From Sphingomonadaceae bacterium (GTDB lineage Bacteria > Chloroflexota > UBA6077), in NCBI GenBank assembly GCA_050261575.1, contig JBLNDL010000012.1, positions 1 to 41,445 on the forward strand: 41,445 bases of DNA, read 5' to 3'. The notes under the pieces were generated by a model that made no database searches, was not told the origin of the DNA, and saw only the letters and a program-made list of their open reading frames with translations. Both the position numbers and the translations under genes were made by a program. Below, piece after piece: positions 8,857 to 17,427 of the stretch (positions are counted from its first letter, which is position 1; every line of letters begins with the position of its first letter).

Positions 8857-10256
8857 ACCTCCCTCGGCTGGTGATCGCCGCCCCCCACGGCCGATCGGGC
8901 AAGACGACGGTGGCCATTGGGCTCGTCGCCGCTCTGTCGGATCGAGGATTGGTGGTGCAGCCCTTCAAGAAGGGGCCGGACTACATCGATCCCAGTTGGC
9001 TGAGCGGAGCCGCGGGGAGACCATGCCGGAACCTCGACCTCTTCATGATGGACGAGGCGGCGACCCTCGCGGCGTTCCGGCACGGCTCGACGGGGGCCGA
9101 CGTCGCCATCGTCGAGGGGGCGATGGGGCTGTACGACGGGGTGGACCTGGAGGGGACGGGCAGCACGGCGCAACTGGCGCGGCTCCTGGGTGCCCCGATC
9201 CTGTTGGTGGTGGATGCCACCCGCATGACCCGCAGCGTCGCCGCCTTGGTGGGCGGGTACCAGCGCTTCGAACCCGGGGCCGAGATCGCCGGTGTTGTGC
9301 TGAACAACGTGGCGCGCAGCCGCCACGAGGAGATGTTGGTGGCCTCCATCGAGCGGTACTGCCACATCCCCGTGCTCGGCTGCGTGCCGAAGTCGGATCT
9401 GCTCTCCATACCGGATCGGCACCTGGGTCTGGTCCCCAGGGCGGAGGACGAGCGGCTGGCCGCGGCCATGGAGCACGCCCGCCGCGTTGCCCTGGAACGG
9501 CTGGATCTGGACCGGATCCTGGAGATCGCCAGGGCGTCGCGGGAGCTTCCCGACGGCAACGGACGGGTTCAGCCAGATGCCCGATCGACCGTGCGGATCG
9601 GCGTGCTGATGGATCGGGTCTTCTCTTTCTATTATCCGGAGAACCTGGAGGCGCTGCACCGGGCCGGCGCTTCGCTGCACTACGTGGACTCCCTCTCGGA
9701 CACGACGTTGCCCGAGGTGGACGGGCTGTACATCGGGGGCGGCTTTCCCGAGCTGTTTGCGGAGCAGTTGGAGGCGAATGGCTCCCTGCGCGGGGAGATC
9801 CTCTGGAGGATAGAGGAAGGGATGCCGGTGTACGCCGAGTGTGCCGGGCTGATCTACCTGTCCCGCGGCCTGCGATGGGGAGAGCGGCGCCACCGAATGG
9901 TGGGCGCGCTGCCGTGCGAGATGGAGATGACCGCCAGACCTCAGGGACACGGCTACTCGGTGGCCGAGGTGGTGGCGGACAACCCCTTCTTTCCCAGGGG
10001 GGCGGTGCTGAAGGGCCACGAGTTCCACCACACCAGGGTCGTCTCCCTGGACAGGGCAAAGGTTGCCTTCGCCTACCGGTTGAGGAGGGGATCCGGCGTG
10101 GACTCCGACCACAACGATGGCCTGCTGGTCCGGAACGTCGTGGCGGCATACACCCACCTCCACGCCGCGGCGGCGCTCGGGTGGGCAGAGCGGTTCGTGG
10201 AGGCGGCTGACCGACATGGGATCCGGATCGCAGGAGGCGAAGGGGGACGGACGTGA
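8853..10256 (+). CDS. dsrN: Cobyrinate a,c-diamide synthase family amidotransferase, probably siroheme amidase DsrN
   Basis: SGKTT, FKKGPDYID, EGAMGLYDG, RHLGL, FSFYY, YAECAG, GHEFH and YTHLH. DsrN rather than CbiA is inferred from position after dsrAB. AAGGAG RBS. Confidence 0.75.
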   Translation: MNLPRLVIAAPHGRSGKTTVAIGLVAALSDRGLVVQPFKKGPDYIDPSWLSGAAGRPCRNLDLFMMDEAATLAAFRHGSTGADVAIVEGAMGLYDGVDLEGTGSTAQLARLLGAPILLVVDATRMTRSVAALVGGYQRFEPGAEIAGVVLNNVARSRHEEMLVASIERYCHIPVLGCVPKSDLLSIPDRHLGLVPRAEDERLAAAMEHARRVALERLDLDRILEIARASRELPDGNGRVQPDARSTVRIGVLMDRVFSFYYPENLEALHRAGASLHYVDSLSDTTLPEVDGLYIGGGFPELFAEQLEANGSLRGEILWRIEEGMPVYAECAGLIYLSRGLRWGERRHRMVGALPCEMEMTARPQGHGYSVAEVVADNPFFPRGAVLKGHEFHHTRVVSLDRAKVAFAYRLRRGSGVDSDHNDGLLVRNVVAAYTHLHAAAALGWAERFVEAADRHGIRIAGGEGGRT

Positions 10257-10465
10257 TCGAGGCCGATCGGGCTGGCTGGCGGGATCTGGGCCGCGCGCCC
10301 TGCGATTGGCTGGAGCGGCTGCAGGGCGCCTTTTCGGACCTAAACGCGTGTTTCGGTTCCTGGCGGGACGATGGAGGGGACGAGGATCAGACGGCGGGCG
10401 CCGACCCCGAGGTGGTGGCTGCCCTGGAGTGCCTGGCTTCCATCCTTCCCGACGATGAGGATTGA
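10253..10465 (+). CDS. Hypothetical 70-aa acidic protein with three Cys
   Basis: GTGA overlap with the dsrN stop and a purine-rich RBS upstream. Confidence 0.5.
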   Translation: MIEADRAGWRDLGRAPCDWLERLQGAFSDLNACFGSWRDDGGDEDQTAGADPEVVAALECLASILPDDED

Positions 10466-10479
10466 CGGAGAGGAACCCG

Positions 10480-10545
10480 ACCACGGAGGCACGGAGACGC
10501 GGAGGTTGCGAAGGGCCTTCTCCGTGCCCTTCGTGTGTCCGTGGT
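10480..10545. repeat. Intergenic imperfect inverted repeat (ACCACGGAGGCACGGAGA ... CTCCGTG..TCCGTGGT)
   Basis: Self-complementary arms with internal ~9-nt ACGGAG periodicity. Resembles dispersed intergenic hairpin repeats. Confidence 0.5.
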
Positions 10546-10576
10546 CGTATCGACTATCGGAGAGGAGATGGGCTCG

Positions 10577-11344
10577 ATGGTGAGCAACGGGGAACTTGCC
10601 GCTGTGCTGGAGTCGCGGCTGCGGCTGGACTGCGCGCCGGTGGCGGTGAAGATGGTGGCTGCCGGGGAGGATCCCCCTGAAGGCCTTCTGGAGAGGACCA
10701 AGGTATTGACGTTCTGCCAGTTCGTGGCCGCCTCGGCCGCGGGTGGCTACCGATTCTGGGTGAGCCGAAAGAACCTCGGCTGCACCAACGCCCTGGTTGC
10801 GTTCGGGATGTACGATCCCGACCGAGACGCCGGGGTGATGGACAGGGCGGTCGAGACTCACGTGGGGACCTACGCGCGCGATGCCCAGGCCGCGCGGAAG
10901 CTGATCGCCTCCAAGCCGGCCGTGCCTCCGGGACAGGTGGAGGGGGTGGCGGTTGCCCCCCTGGCCAAGGCCGCATTCGAGCCCGACGCCGTCCTGGTGA
11001 TCGTGGTGCCCTGGCAGGCCTACTTCGCGCTGGACGACTACATGTACGCCACCGGGGACGCGCCGCTGCCGCTGGAGGTGGGCACCAACAGCCTGGTGTG
11101 CGCCTTCGGGGCCGTCCGCGCCGGCCACCTGGGGAAGATCAGCCTCACCTCGGCCTGCTCCGGCGGGCGCAACTACGCGGGGTTCGAGCGCACCCAGATG
11201 TGCTTGGCCTTCCCTGGGTCCAAGCTGGAGGCTTGGCTGGAGGGGACGAAGGAGCGCTCCAGGAGGGTTCCCTACCCGGGCATGATCGCCATGCCCGCTC
11301 CGACCCCCGTGCCGCCGAAGCACATCCTGATGCCGGAGGAGTGA
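10577..11344 (+). CDS. DUF169 (COG2043) family protein
   Basis: LRLDCAPVAVK, FCQ, LGC, VAPL..A.FEPDAV, VC and SAC motifs. GAGGAG RBS 9 nt before ATG 10577. Confidence 0.75.
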   Translation: MVSNGELAAVLESRLRLDCAPVAVKMVAAGEDPPEGLLERTKVLTFCQFVAASAAGGYRFWVSRKNLGCTNALVAFGMYDPDRDAGVMDRAVETHVGTYARDAQAARKLIASKPAVPPGQVEGVAVAPLAKAAFEPDAVLVIVVPWQAYFALDDYMYATGDAPLPLEVGTNSLVCAFGAVRAGHLGKISLTSACSGGRNYAGFERTQMCLAFPGSKLEAWLEGTKERSRRVPYPGMIAMPAPTPVPPKHILMPEE

Positions 11345-11415
11345 GCCACCGTCGACCACCGCTTCGGCGCGTGCGGCAGCTCCCCGTTCCCCGCCAGTAG
11401 CGCGGGCGGCAGGGG

Positions 11416-11501
11416 GTAGCCGCACCTCGCAAGGTGCGCGTGCCTGTGGGGCCGGGTGGCGGTTCGCCCCGTGGTACGCGCAGGCTGAAGCCTGCGGCTA
11501 C
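11416..11501. repeat. Inverted pair of GTAG-type REP-like sequences
   Basis: GTAGCCGCACCTCGCAAGGTGCG (11416-11438) faces CGCAGGCTGAAGCCTGCGGCTAC (11479-11501, reverse complement GTAGCCGCAGGCTTCAGCCTGCG). Confidence 0.6.
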
Positions 11502-11558
11502 GGGAGTAGGGGCGGATGCGGCGGGTTGCCCGTACACGGGAGCCGAGGGCACCGCAGG

Positions 11559-11588
11559 TTGACCTTCTCCCTGGGGAGAGGGTACCAT
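11559..11588 (+). promoter_or_regulatory. Putative sigma70 promoter of rex
   Basis: TTGACC-N18-TACCAT upstream of the GGAGG RBS and GTG 11627. Confidence 0.45.
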
Positions 11589-11626
11589 CCACCGGGAAGA
11601 CACGCCATGAAGTCTGGAGGTGGTAG

Positions 11627-12268
11627 GTGGTGGAGAGGCGCCCTAAGGTCCCGACCCCGACCCTGAACCGTCTTCCCCTCTACTACAGATACCTACTGGA
11701 GGCGCGAGAGCAGCGGCTGTCGGTGGTCTCCTCGGAGATGCTGGGGGACGCGGCGGGGGTGCCTGCTGCTCAGGTCCGGAAGGACCTGGGGTACCTGGGG
11801 GAGTTCGGCCGGCCCGGGATCGGCTACGACGTCGTGGAGATGCAGCGAAGGCTCGGGGATCTGCTCGGCCTGACCACTGAGAAAGAGGTGATCGTGGTCG
11901 GCGCGGGCCGGCTGGGAAGCGCGATAGCTGCCTACCCCGGCTTCTCCACCTACTCCCTGCGGGTTGCCGCCCTCTTCGACCGCGACCCCGCCAAGATCGG
12001 AACGAGGATCGGTGGACTCCAGGTGCTGGACGCCCGAGACCTGCCCCGCTTCGTCGAGGATCGCGGCATCCGGATGGCGATACTGGCGGTGCCGGCATCC
12101 GTTGCGCAGGATGTGGTGGACCAGTTGGTGGCGGCGGGGATCAAGGCGATCATGAACTTCGCCCCGGCGAGACTGGAAGTGCCTGCCGGCATCGTCGTAT
12201 CCAACGAGGATCTGGCGGCGCGCCTGGCGACTCTATCCTTCCGGTTGGCCCAAGCCGAGGAATCCTGA
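11627..12268 (+). CDS. rex: Redox-sensing transcriptional repressor Rex
   Basis: RLPLYYRYL, QVRKDLGYLGEFGRPGIGY, Rossmann GAGRLG and AIMNFAP. Confidence 0.95.
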   Translation: MVERRPKVPTPTLNRLPLYYRYLLEAREQRLSVVSSEMLGDAAGVPAAQVRKDLGYLGEFGRPGIGYDVVEMQRRLGDLLGLTTEKEVIVVGAGRLGSAIAAYPGFSTYSLRVAALFDRDPAKIGTRIGGLQVLDARDLPRFVEDRGIRMAILAVPASVAQDVVDQLVAAGIKAIMNFAPARLEVPAGIVVSNEDLAARLATLSFRLAQAEES

Positions 12269-12499
12269 GAGGCGGCGGAGAGCCGCCGATCGAGCACCCG
12301 CCGACGTAGGCGCTGGCCGTGGCGGCCCGCTCCAGTACCGGAATCCAACCCGTCCCCGGCGTCGGCCCCGGTGCCGCCGTTGCCGCCATCGACCGTCGGG
12401 GTTGGGACAACCCCGCTCCGTGATCATCGCGGAGCCGGCCACCCACTCCCCGCGTGCGGCGTGGGCCAGGTCCGGCTTGACCTGGATGCGTCTCCCTCC

Positions 12500-14041
12500 C
12501 TAGCTCTTGCCGCGCAGGTAGGCAGACAACGCTCGCGCGTAGGAGGCCGCCAGGGCGCCGAAGCGGGAGTAGTCCTCGGCGAAGATCTGCAGGGCCGAGC
12601 GTTGGGCTTCGCGGTATCTGCCGTCCGCCCCGAACTCCGAGAGAGCGTCCATCAGCAGGGCCAACTGCGCGTTTTCGACCAGGTTCCATTGGCGGTTGGT
12701 GAGGGCTGCGAGAGCGTCTCGCTCCGCCCGGATGTCGCAGAAGCCCCCCGGCACGCCCTGATAGTCCCGCAGGATCACCTCCGCCAGCGTCGTCGCCTGC
12801 TCGAGCATGCTGACGTCGCCCACCACGTCGTAGCCTTTCGACAGAGCGATGGCCACCCACACCTGATCGCGGAGCAGGTGCGGGCCTTCGGCGCGGCCGT
12901 CCCGGTACCGGAAGACGCCGTCGGTGGGGTCGGTCATCTCCCGCCAGAGGAAGCCGAGCACCTCTGCTCCAGTGCGCAGGTGGGCCGGGTCGCCGAGCGT
13001 CTCGAAGGCCAGCAGGTAGGCGATGGCGGCCTTGGCGTTCCCCTCGGCGAAGACCGTTCGATCCACTGGGGGCGGCTGAGCCTTCCGGCGGGCGTCCGCG
13101 TCCAGCTCGTAGTAGCCGGGATCCGCCGCCTGACTGCCCCCGAAGGTCGGGGTGTCGGGGTTTCGCAGGGTGGAGCCCATGTAGGCCAGGGTCCGCTCGG
13201 CCACGTCGCGGTAGACGGGGTTGCGGGTGGCCTCGTAGGCCTCCAGGTACAGCCTCAGCAGGTCGGCGTTGACGTCCAGCAGCTTCTCGGTGTGAACATC
13301 GGTCCAGTCGCGCCGGTCGGCGGAGTGGAAGAAGCCGCCCTCTGCGGGGTCGGAGAGCCTGGAGGCCAGCGCGTCCAGGGAGCGAACTGCAATCTCCTTC
13401 CAGCCTTCTCCATCAGGCCGCGTCGACAGCTCCAGGGCCAGCCGCACCGCCTCGCTATGGGGGAACTTGGGCTGGTCACCGAATCCGCCGTAGAGGGGGT
13501 CGTGCAGGCCGCGGACATAGCGCGCGACCCTCTCCAGTAGCTCGGGGTTGGGTTGCCCGGCGGGCTCGCCGACGCACAGGAGGGACTGCTGGCGGCGGAT
13601 CTCCATGTTGGCGATCTCCCAACGAAGGTCCGCCTGGTTATCCTGATACCAAAGGCTGACACGATCGAGGAGCGCCGCCATCTCCGCAGGTGGGATGAAG
13701 CCGCCGGAGGTGAGCAGCTCCCCCGTGGAAGCGAGCAGCGCGGTGGTGGGCCACCCCCCCAGGGTGTATCGGTCGAAGACGTCGGGCCTTCGATCGGCGT
13801 CGACCCGGACTGCCACGTAGCCGGTGTTGACCCTGTCGATCACCTGGGGATCGGAGTAGGTCGTCTCGTCCATGCGGTGGCACTCGTCGCACCACCACGT
13901 AGTGAGTGCCAAGAGAACGGGCTTGCCCTCTCGCTGCGCCGTTCGAAATGCCTCGCGACCCCAGGGGTGCCATCGGATCTCCCGAGCCCGGTTGGGTCTG
14001 GGGGAGAAGGGCAGCCGCTCCCTCACAGTGGTCCTCGCCAT
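12500..14041 (-). CDS. DUF255/YyaL thioredoxin-domain protein with alpha/alpha-toroid domain
   Basis: IRWHPWG.EAF, WWCDECHRM, RVDADRRPD, GGWPTT, GGFG.QPKFP and EKLL. GGAGG RBS. Confidence 0.85.
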   Translation of the reverse strand: MARTTVRERLPFSPRPNRAREIRWHPWGREAFRTAQREGKPVLLALTTWWCDECHRMDETTYSDPQVIDRVNTGYVAVRVDADRRPDVFDRYTLGGWPTTALLASTGELLTSGGFIPPAEMAALLDRVSLWYQDNQADLRWEIANMEIRRQQSLLCVGEPAGQPNPELLERVARYVRGLHDPLYGGFGDQPKFPHSEAVRLALELSTRPDGEGWKEIAVRSLDALASRLSDPAEGGFFHSADRRDWTDVHTEKLLDVNADLLRLYLEAYEATRNPVYRDVAERTLAYMGSTLRNPDTPTFGGSQAADPGYYELDADARRKAQPPPVDRTVFAEGNAKAAIAYLLAFETLGDPAHLRTGAEVLGFLWREMTDPTDGVFRYRDGRAEGPHLLRDQVWVAIALSKGYDVVGDVSMLEQATTLAEVILRDYQGVPGGFCDIRAERDALAALTNRQWNLVENAQLALLMDALSEFGADGRYREAQRSALQIFAEDYSRFGALAASYARALSAYLRGKS

Positions 14042-14170
14042 GTGCCACCTCCGAAGCGCTGATGAGGTGGAGCGTCGGGCAATACCTGGGCCACAACTGG
14101 ACACTGGGTGGGGATGGGGTATAATACTGCGAGTGGGTAGACCCTTTACGACCTGCACAGGAGGAGATAG

Positions 14171-14515
14171 ATGTCCAAAGGTTCCCGCGGTGGGGCGCGG
14201 CTCGCGGCCGGCAAGAAGAAGACGAAAAGAAGGGTGGAGCCGCAGCCGATAGCTCAGGTGCCGCGCTCGACGGCGACGCCGGAGCCTGTGCAGCCGAAGG
14301 TGGACGGCTCGGGCCAGGATTCCGGCGGGACCGTTCTGCGGTTCAGGCCTCGGGCCAAGGAAGCCGCGGTTGCGCGGCCTGCCGCGGGCAGGGGAGCCAG
14401 GACCGTCTTGGAGGCCGTGGACTACGGCTACGTCTATGCCGACTTGAGGGTAATCGGCGGTCTATCGGCAGCCCTGTTCGGCGGACTGGTAGCCCTCTCC
14501 TTGGTGCTCCGATAA
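14171..14515 (+). CDS. Hypothetical protein, basic N-terminus and one C-terminal TM helix
   Basis: GGAGGAG RBS, upstream TGGACA-N16-TATAAT (14098-14125), and C-terminal DYGYVYADLR followed by a hydrophobic helix. Confidence 0.7.
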   Translation: MSKGSRGGARLAAGKKKTKRRVEPQPIAQVPRSTATPEPVQPKVDGSGQDSGGTVLRFRPRAKEAAVARPAAGRGARTVLEAVDYGYVYADLRVIGGLSAALFGGLVALSLVLR

Positions 14516-14573
14516 CGGCTCCGACCGGGGGTGGGGGCTTTTCTGCTCGCGCTTCCGGAAAGGGACTGCCTAG

Positions 14574-15209
14574 CTAGGCTATTCCGCTCCCGGACTGGCC
14601 GGCGCTGTCCAACCGATCCTCTCGCTCGCTCGTCGCCAAGGGCGGGGCTGGAGGCAGGGGCGACACGCCGGAGGTGCCGGGGGCTTTCTTTTCCCTCGTC
14701 TTATTCCGGCCCGAGCTTCCGCCGGGCTCGACCGGAATCAACGGCGCCCAGCTACCCGGCGCGGATGCGACTGGGGTTGGGGCGTCGGTGCACTGCTCCT
14801 GGGCGGCCTTTCGACGTCGCCGCTTGCGGGTTGCCACCATGTGGGCGACGAGATCGAGCAGTTCCTGGATCTGGAAGGGCTTGCGCAGGCAGGAGGTGTT
14901 CTTCTGGCGCAGCTCGGCGGTGACGTGGCGAAGGTCGCCGTAGTATGCGGAGCAGATGAGCACTGGGAGGTGGTGGGTGCGGGGGTTGTAGCGGAGCGCC
15001 TGGATGAGGTCGAGGCCGTTCATTCCCGGCATCATCAGGTCGATGATGGCGGCGTCCGGCGGGTGGCTCAGGGCGGTCTTGAGGGCCGTTTGGCCGGAGT
15101 CGCAGGTCTGGACCTGGTATCCCTCGCCCTCGAGAAGGATGCGCACCAACTCCAGGATGGAACTGTCGTCGTCCACCACCAGGATGCGGGTTTTCACTGG
15201 TTTCTCCAA
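14574..15209 (-). CDS. Response regulator receiver protein with low-complexity C-terminal tail
   Basis: RILVVDDD, IDLMMPGMNG, CSA and KPF. Start uncertain (TTG 15209 or a GTG a few codons downstream). Confidence 0.8.
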   Translation of the reverse strand: MEKPVKTRILVVDDDSSILELVRILLEGEGYQVQTCDSGQTALKTALSHPPDAAIIDLMMPGMNGLDLIQALRYNPRTHHLPVLICSAYYGDLRHVTAELRQKNTSCLRKPFQIQELLDLVAHMVATRKRRRRKAAQEQCTDAPTPVASAPGSWAPLIPVEPGGSSGRNKTREKKAPGTSGVSPLPPAPPLATSEREDRLDSAGQSGSGIA

Positions 15210-15270
15210 GACGCAGGGCGTCGAACGTCCCCCCACATCGTCTTAGTAGCAGGAGTTGTGCCAGCGCTCG

Positions 15271-15299
15271 TTGCGGGGCGTGGACGGGGTGGTTATAAT
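15271..15299 (+). promoter_or_regulatory. Putative sigma70 promoter of tRNA-Sec
   Basis: TTGCGG-N17-TATAAT ending about 30 nt upstream of the tRNA 5' end. Confidence 0.6.
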
Positions 15300-15330
15300 C
15301 GTGTAGGGGGGGAGCGTGCCCTCCTAATCT

Positions 15331-15426
15331 GGAGGCGGACGGGCCCCGGTGGGCCTCGCGGTCTTCAAAACCGTCTGCGGGGCGGTAATCGCCGTCCCGG
15401 GTGGGTTCGACTCCCATGCGCCTCCG
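15331..15426 (+). tRNA. selC: tRNA-Sec (anticodon UCA)
   Basis: Acceptor GGAGGCG/CGCCTCC, 6-bp D stem GGGCCC/GGGCCT, anticodon loop CTTCAAA, long variable arm, T arm GTGGG-TTCGACT-CCCAT and discriminator G. CCA is not encoded. Confidence 0.95.
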
Positions 15427-15427
15427 C
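15363..15427 (+). repeat. att core repeat, left copy (inside intact tRNA-Sec)
   Basis: CTTCAAAACCG...GCGCCTCCGC, identical to 26534-26598. Begins exactly at the anticodon loop. Confidence 0.95.
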
Positions 15428-15496
15428 CTACTGCCGCCTAAGATTTTAGGCGGCTTTATCATGTGGAGCATGGTCGGCGAAGTCCGCGAGTGGCCG

Positions 15497-15517
15497 GCTG
15501 CAAACATTTTGCTAACA
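15497..15517 (+). repeat. Putative integrase arm-type sites, left end
   Basis: GCTGCAAACATTTTGCTAACA matches GCTGCAAACATTCTGCTAACA at 26397-26417 (20/21). Confidence 0.65.
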
Positions 15518-15522
15518 TTTCC

Positions 15523-16686
15523 TCACAGATGGCCGTTTCCGGCGGCCCGGAGCAGGTTGTCGAGCTTCGCGGCGGCCTCCTCCTGCATCGTGGGCAAGAC
15601 GTGCGAGTAGGTGTCCAGCGTGATCCCGATAGCCGAGTGTCCCAGCCTCTCGCTGACGATCTTCGGATGGACGCCCTGGGCCAGCAGCATCGTGGCGTGG
15701 CTGTGCCTCAAGTCGTGGAACCGCACATGCGGCAGCCCGGCCTTCTCCAACAGTAGCGGCCAATCGCTGCTCAGCCGGTAAGCTGCCGGTGCGCCGTGAT
15801 CGAGGGCGCATACGAGGCCGTGATCCTGGTAGGCTGGTCCGAACTGCAGGCGATGCTCTGTCTGCTGCACCCTATGCCGCCGCAGTGCCTCCACCGCGAA
15901 GCCCGGCAGCACCACCACCCGGCGGCTTCGGGCCGTCTTGGGCTCTTTGAAGGATAGCCCGGCCTTGGTCTGCTCCAGGGACCGGCACACAGACAGGGCG
16001 CCGGCGTCGAGGTCCACGTCCTGCCACCGCAACGCCAGTATCTCCCCACGGCGCATGCCGGTGGCAACGGCGAGCAGGATGGGGATGTACAGGGGTGTCC
16101 CCTTGGCCGTCTCCAGCAGCCGATCCACCTGTTCCGCCGTGAGTACCCGCATCTCCTTCCTGGCCGGCCGTGGGGGCTCTACGGCGTCGGCCGGGTTGCG
16201 CGGGATGATCTGCCACTTCACAGCTTGGCCCAACGCTTCCTTCAGGACCCTGTGATGATGCAGGACCGTGGTGGGCGAGAGGTTGCCCGGGCGCTTATCC
16301 AGCCGGCCGTTCTGGAGAGCCCTGGAGTAGTATTCCTGAACGTGGAGGGGCTGGAGCTTGGAGATCGGATAGCTCCCCAGGTTCGGGATTAGGTGCTTCC
16401 TGACGATCCCCTCGTAGCGCTCGCAGGTCTTGGCCGCGACGTTCGGCTTGGCGTAGTCGGCAAGCCACCGCTCCAGGTACTTGCCAACGGTGAGCTTGCC
16501 GGGCTCGATGTAGGTTCCGCCGGCGAGATCGGCCAGCAGCTTCGCCAGCTCCTGCTGTGCCTGCCTCTTGCCGGTGGCCGTGAGCTTGTGCCACTTCTGG
16601 CGGCGCTTGCCCGTCTCTGGATCCCGGCCAACGTCCACCACGGCCCACCAGTTGCCCTTGCCGCGTTCACGAAGATGGCCTTTCAT
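15523..16686 (-). CDS. int: Tyrosine recombinase/integrase (ICEBs1-like, with N-terminal arm-binding and SAM-like domains)
   Basis: TGMRRGEILAL (R), PKT (K), FHDLRHSHAT (HxxR), RLGH and TLDTYSH (Y). AGGAG RBS before ATG 16686. Confidence 0.95.
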   Translation of the reverse strand: MKGHLRERGKGNWWAVVDVGRDPETGKRRQKWHKLTATGKRQAQQELAKLLADLAGGTYIEPGKLTVGKYLERWLADYAKPNVAAKTCERYEGIVRKHLIPNLGSYPISKLQPLHVQEYYSRALQNGRLDKRPGNLSPTTVLHHHRVLKEALGQAVKWQIIPRNPADAVEPPRPARKEMRVLTAEQVDRLLETAKGTPLYIPILLAVATGMRRGEILALRWQDVDLDAGALSVCRSLEQTKAGLSFKEPKTARSRRVVVLPGFAVEALRRHRVQQTEHRLQFGPAYQDHGLVCALDHGAPAAYRLSSDWPLLLEKAGLPHVRFHDLRHSHATMLLAQGVHPKIVSERLGHSAIGITLDTYSHVLPTMQEEAAAKLDNLLRAAGNGHL

Positions 16687-17299
16687 CGGCTGGTTCTCCT
16701 TCCTGCTGCAACTTGCGCTGTCGCCTTGACTCGCGGATAGCCTCGGCCACGCTTGGGGTGAGGACCCCTTCTTCCTCTGCCACATCAATGCTGGTCCAGA
16801 TGGGCAGGGGCTCCGGCGGCACCACTCCCGGATGGAGCATCTTCCACTCGAAGAGACGCCATGATTGGGCTGCCCTGGGGAGATCGGAGACTTCGACGGC
16901 GGCCATCTGGCGGGCAGTGCGCAGCCGATCCTTGGGCGCCATGTCTGGAGCAGCCAGGAAGAGGCGCCAGTACCATTTTGCCGTGCGGACCGTCGGCCGA
17001 CTTTCCTCGCCAGTCATGCGGATTGCCTCAAATACTGCCGGTGCTGCCTCCCAAGGAAGCTCGGGCGTGCCGAACGACTCCGGCCAGTAGACTAGGCGAT
17101 ATTGCCGACGCTCGTGCTCGGGGGCTTCCCGTTGGATCTTCGCATAGGTGCGAACGGTCTTCTCCGATGGAGGATCGTTGCGCCCTAAGCGTTTTGCCTC
17201 CGCCTTTAGCATCGCTGTGACCGTAGTGCTTCCCCCCCCCTGCTCTGTCAGTGTCCTGATTCGGTCAATCCAGTACCCATCAATCCTCGACCTGGCCAC
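16667..17299 (-). CDS. Hypothetical protein, possible element repressor
   Basis: GGAGG RBS, overlaps the int start, has an N-terminal HTH-like PPSEKTVRTY segment and occupies the repressor position. Confidence 0.6.
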   Translation of the reverse strand: MARSRIDGYWIDRIRTLTEQGGGSTTVTAMLKAEAKRLGRNDPPSEKTVRTYAKIQREAPEHERRQYRLVYWPESFGTPELPWEAAPAVFEAIRMTGEESRPTVRTAKWYWRLFLAAPDMAPKDRLRTARQMAAVEVSDLPRAAQSWRLFEWKMLHPGVVPPEPLPIWTSIDVAEEEGVLTPSVAEAIRESRRQRKLQQEGEPADERPSS

Positions 17300-17316
17300 T
17301 GCCTACCTCCAATCTA

Positions 17317-17412
17317 CCGTTTTACCCGTTTTTACGGGCTGGACGGGGAGTCCGCCTCCCGCTATGCTGCATGGTACAGGCTGGTAGTGGTTGTGTCAAG
17401 CCCGTTTACCGG
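17317..17412. promoter_or_regulatory. Divergent control region with overlapping promoters and operator-like repeats
   Basis: Minus strand TTGACA(17399-17394)-N17-TACCAT(17376-17371). Plus strand TGGACG(17340-17345)-N17-TATGCT(17363-17368). CCGTTT(T)AC-like motifs at 17317, 17325 and 17401. Confidence 0.6.
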
Positions 17413-17427
17413 AAAGGAGTTGGGACT

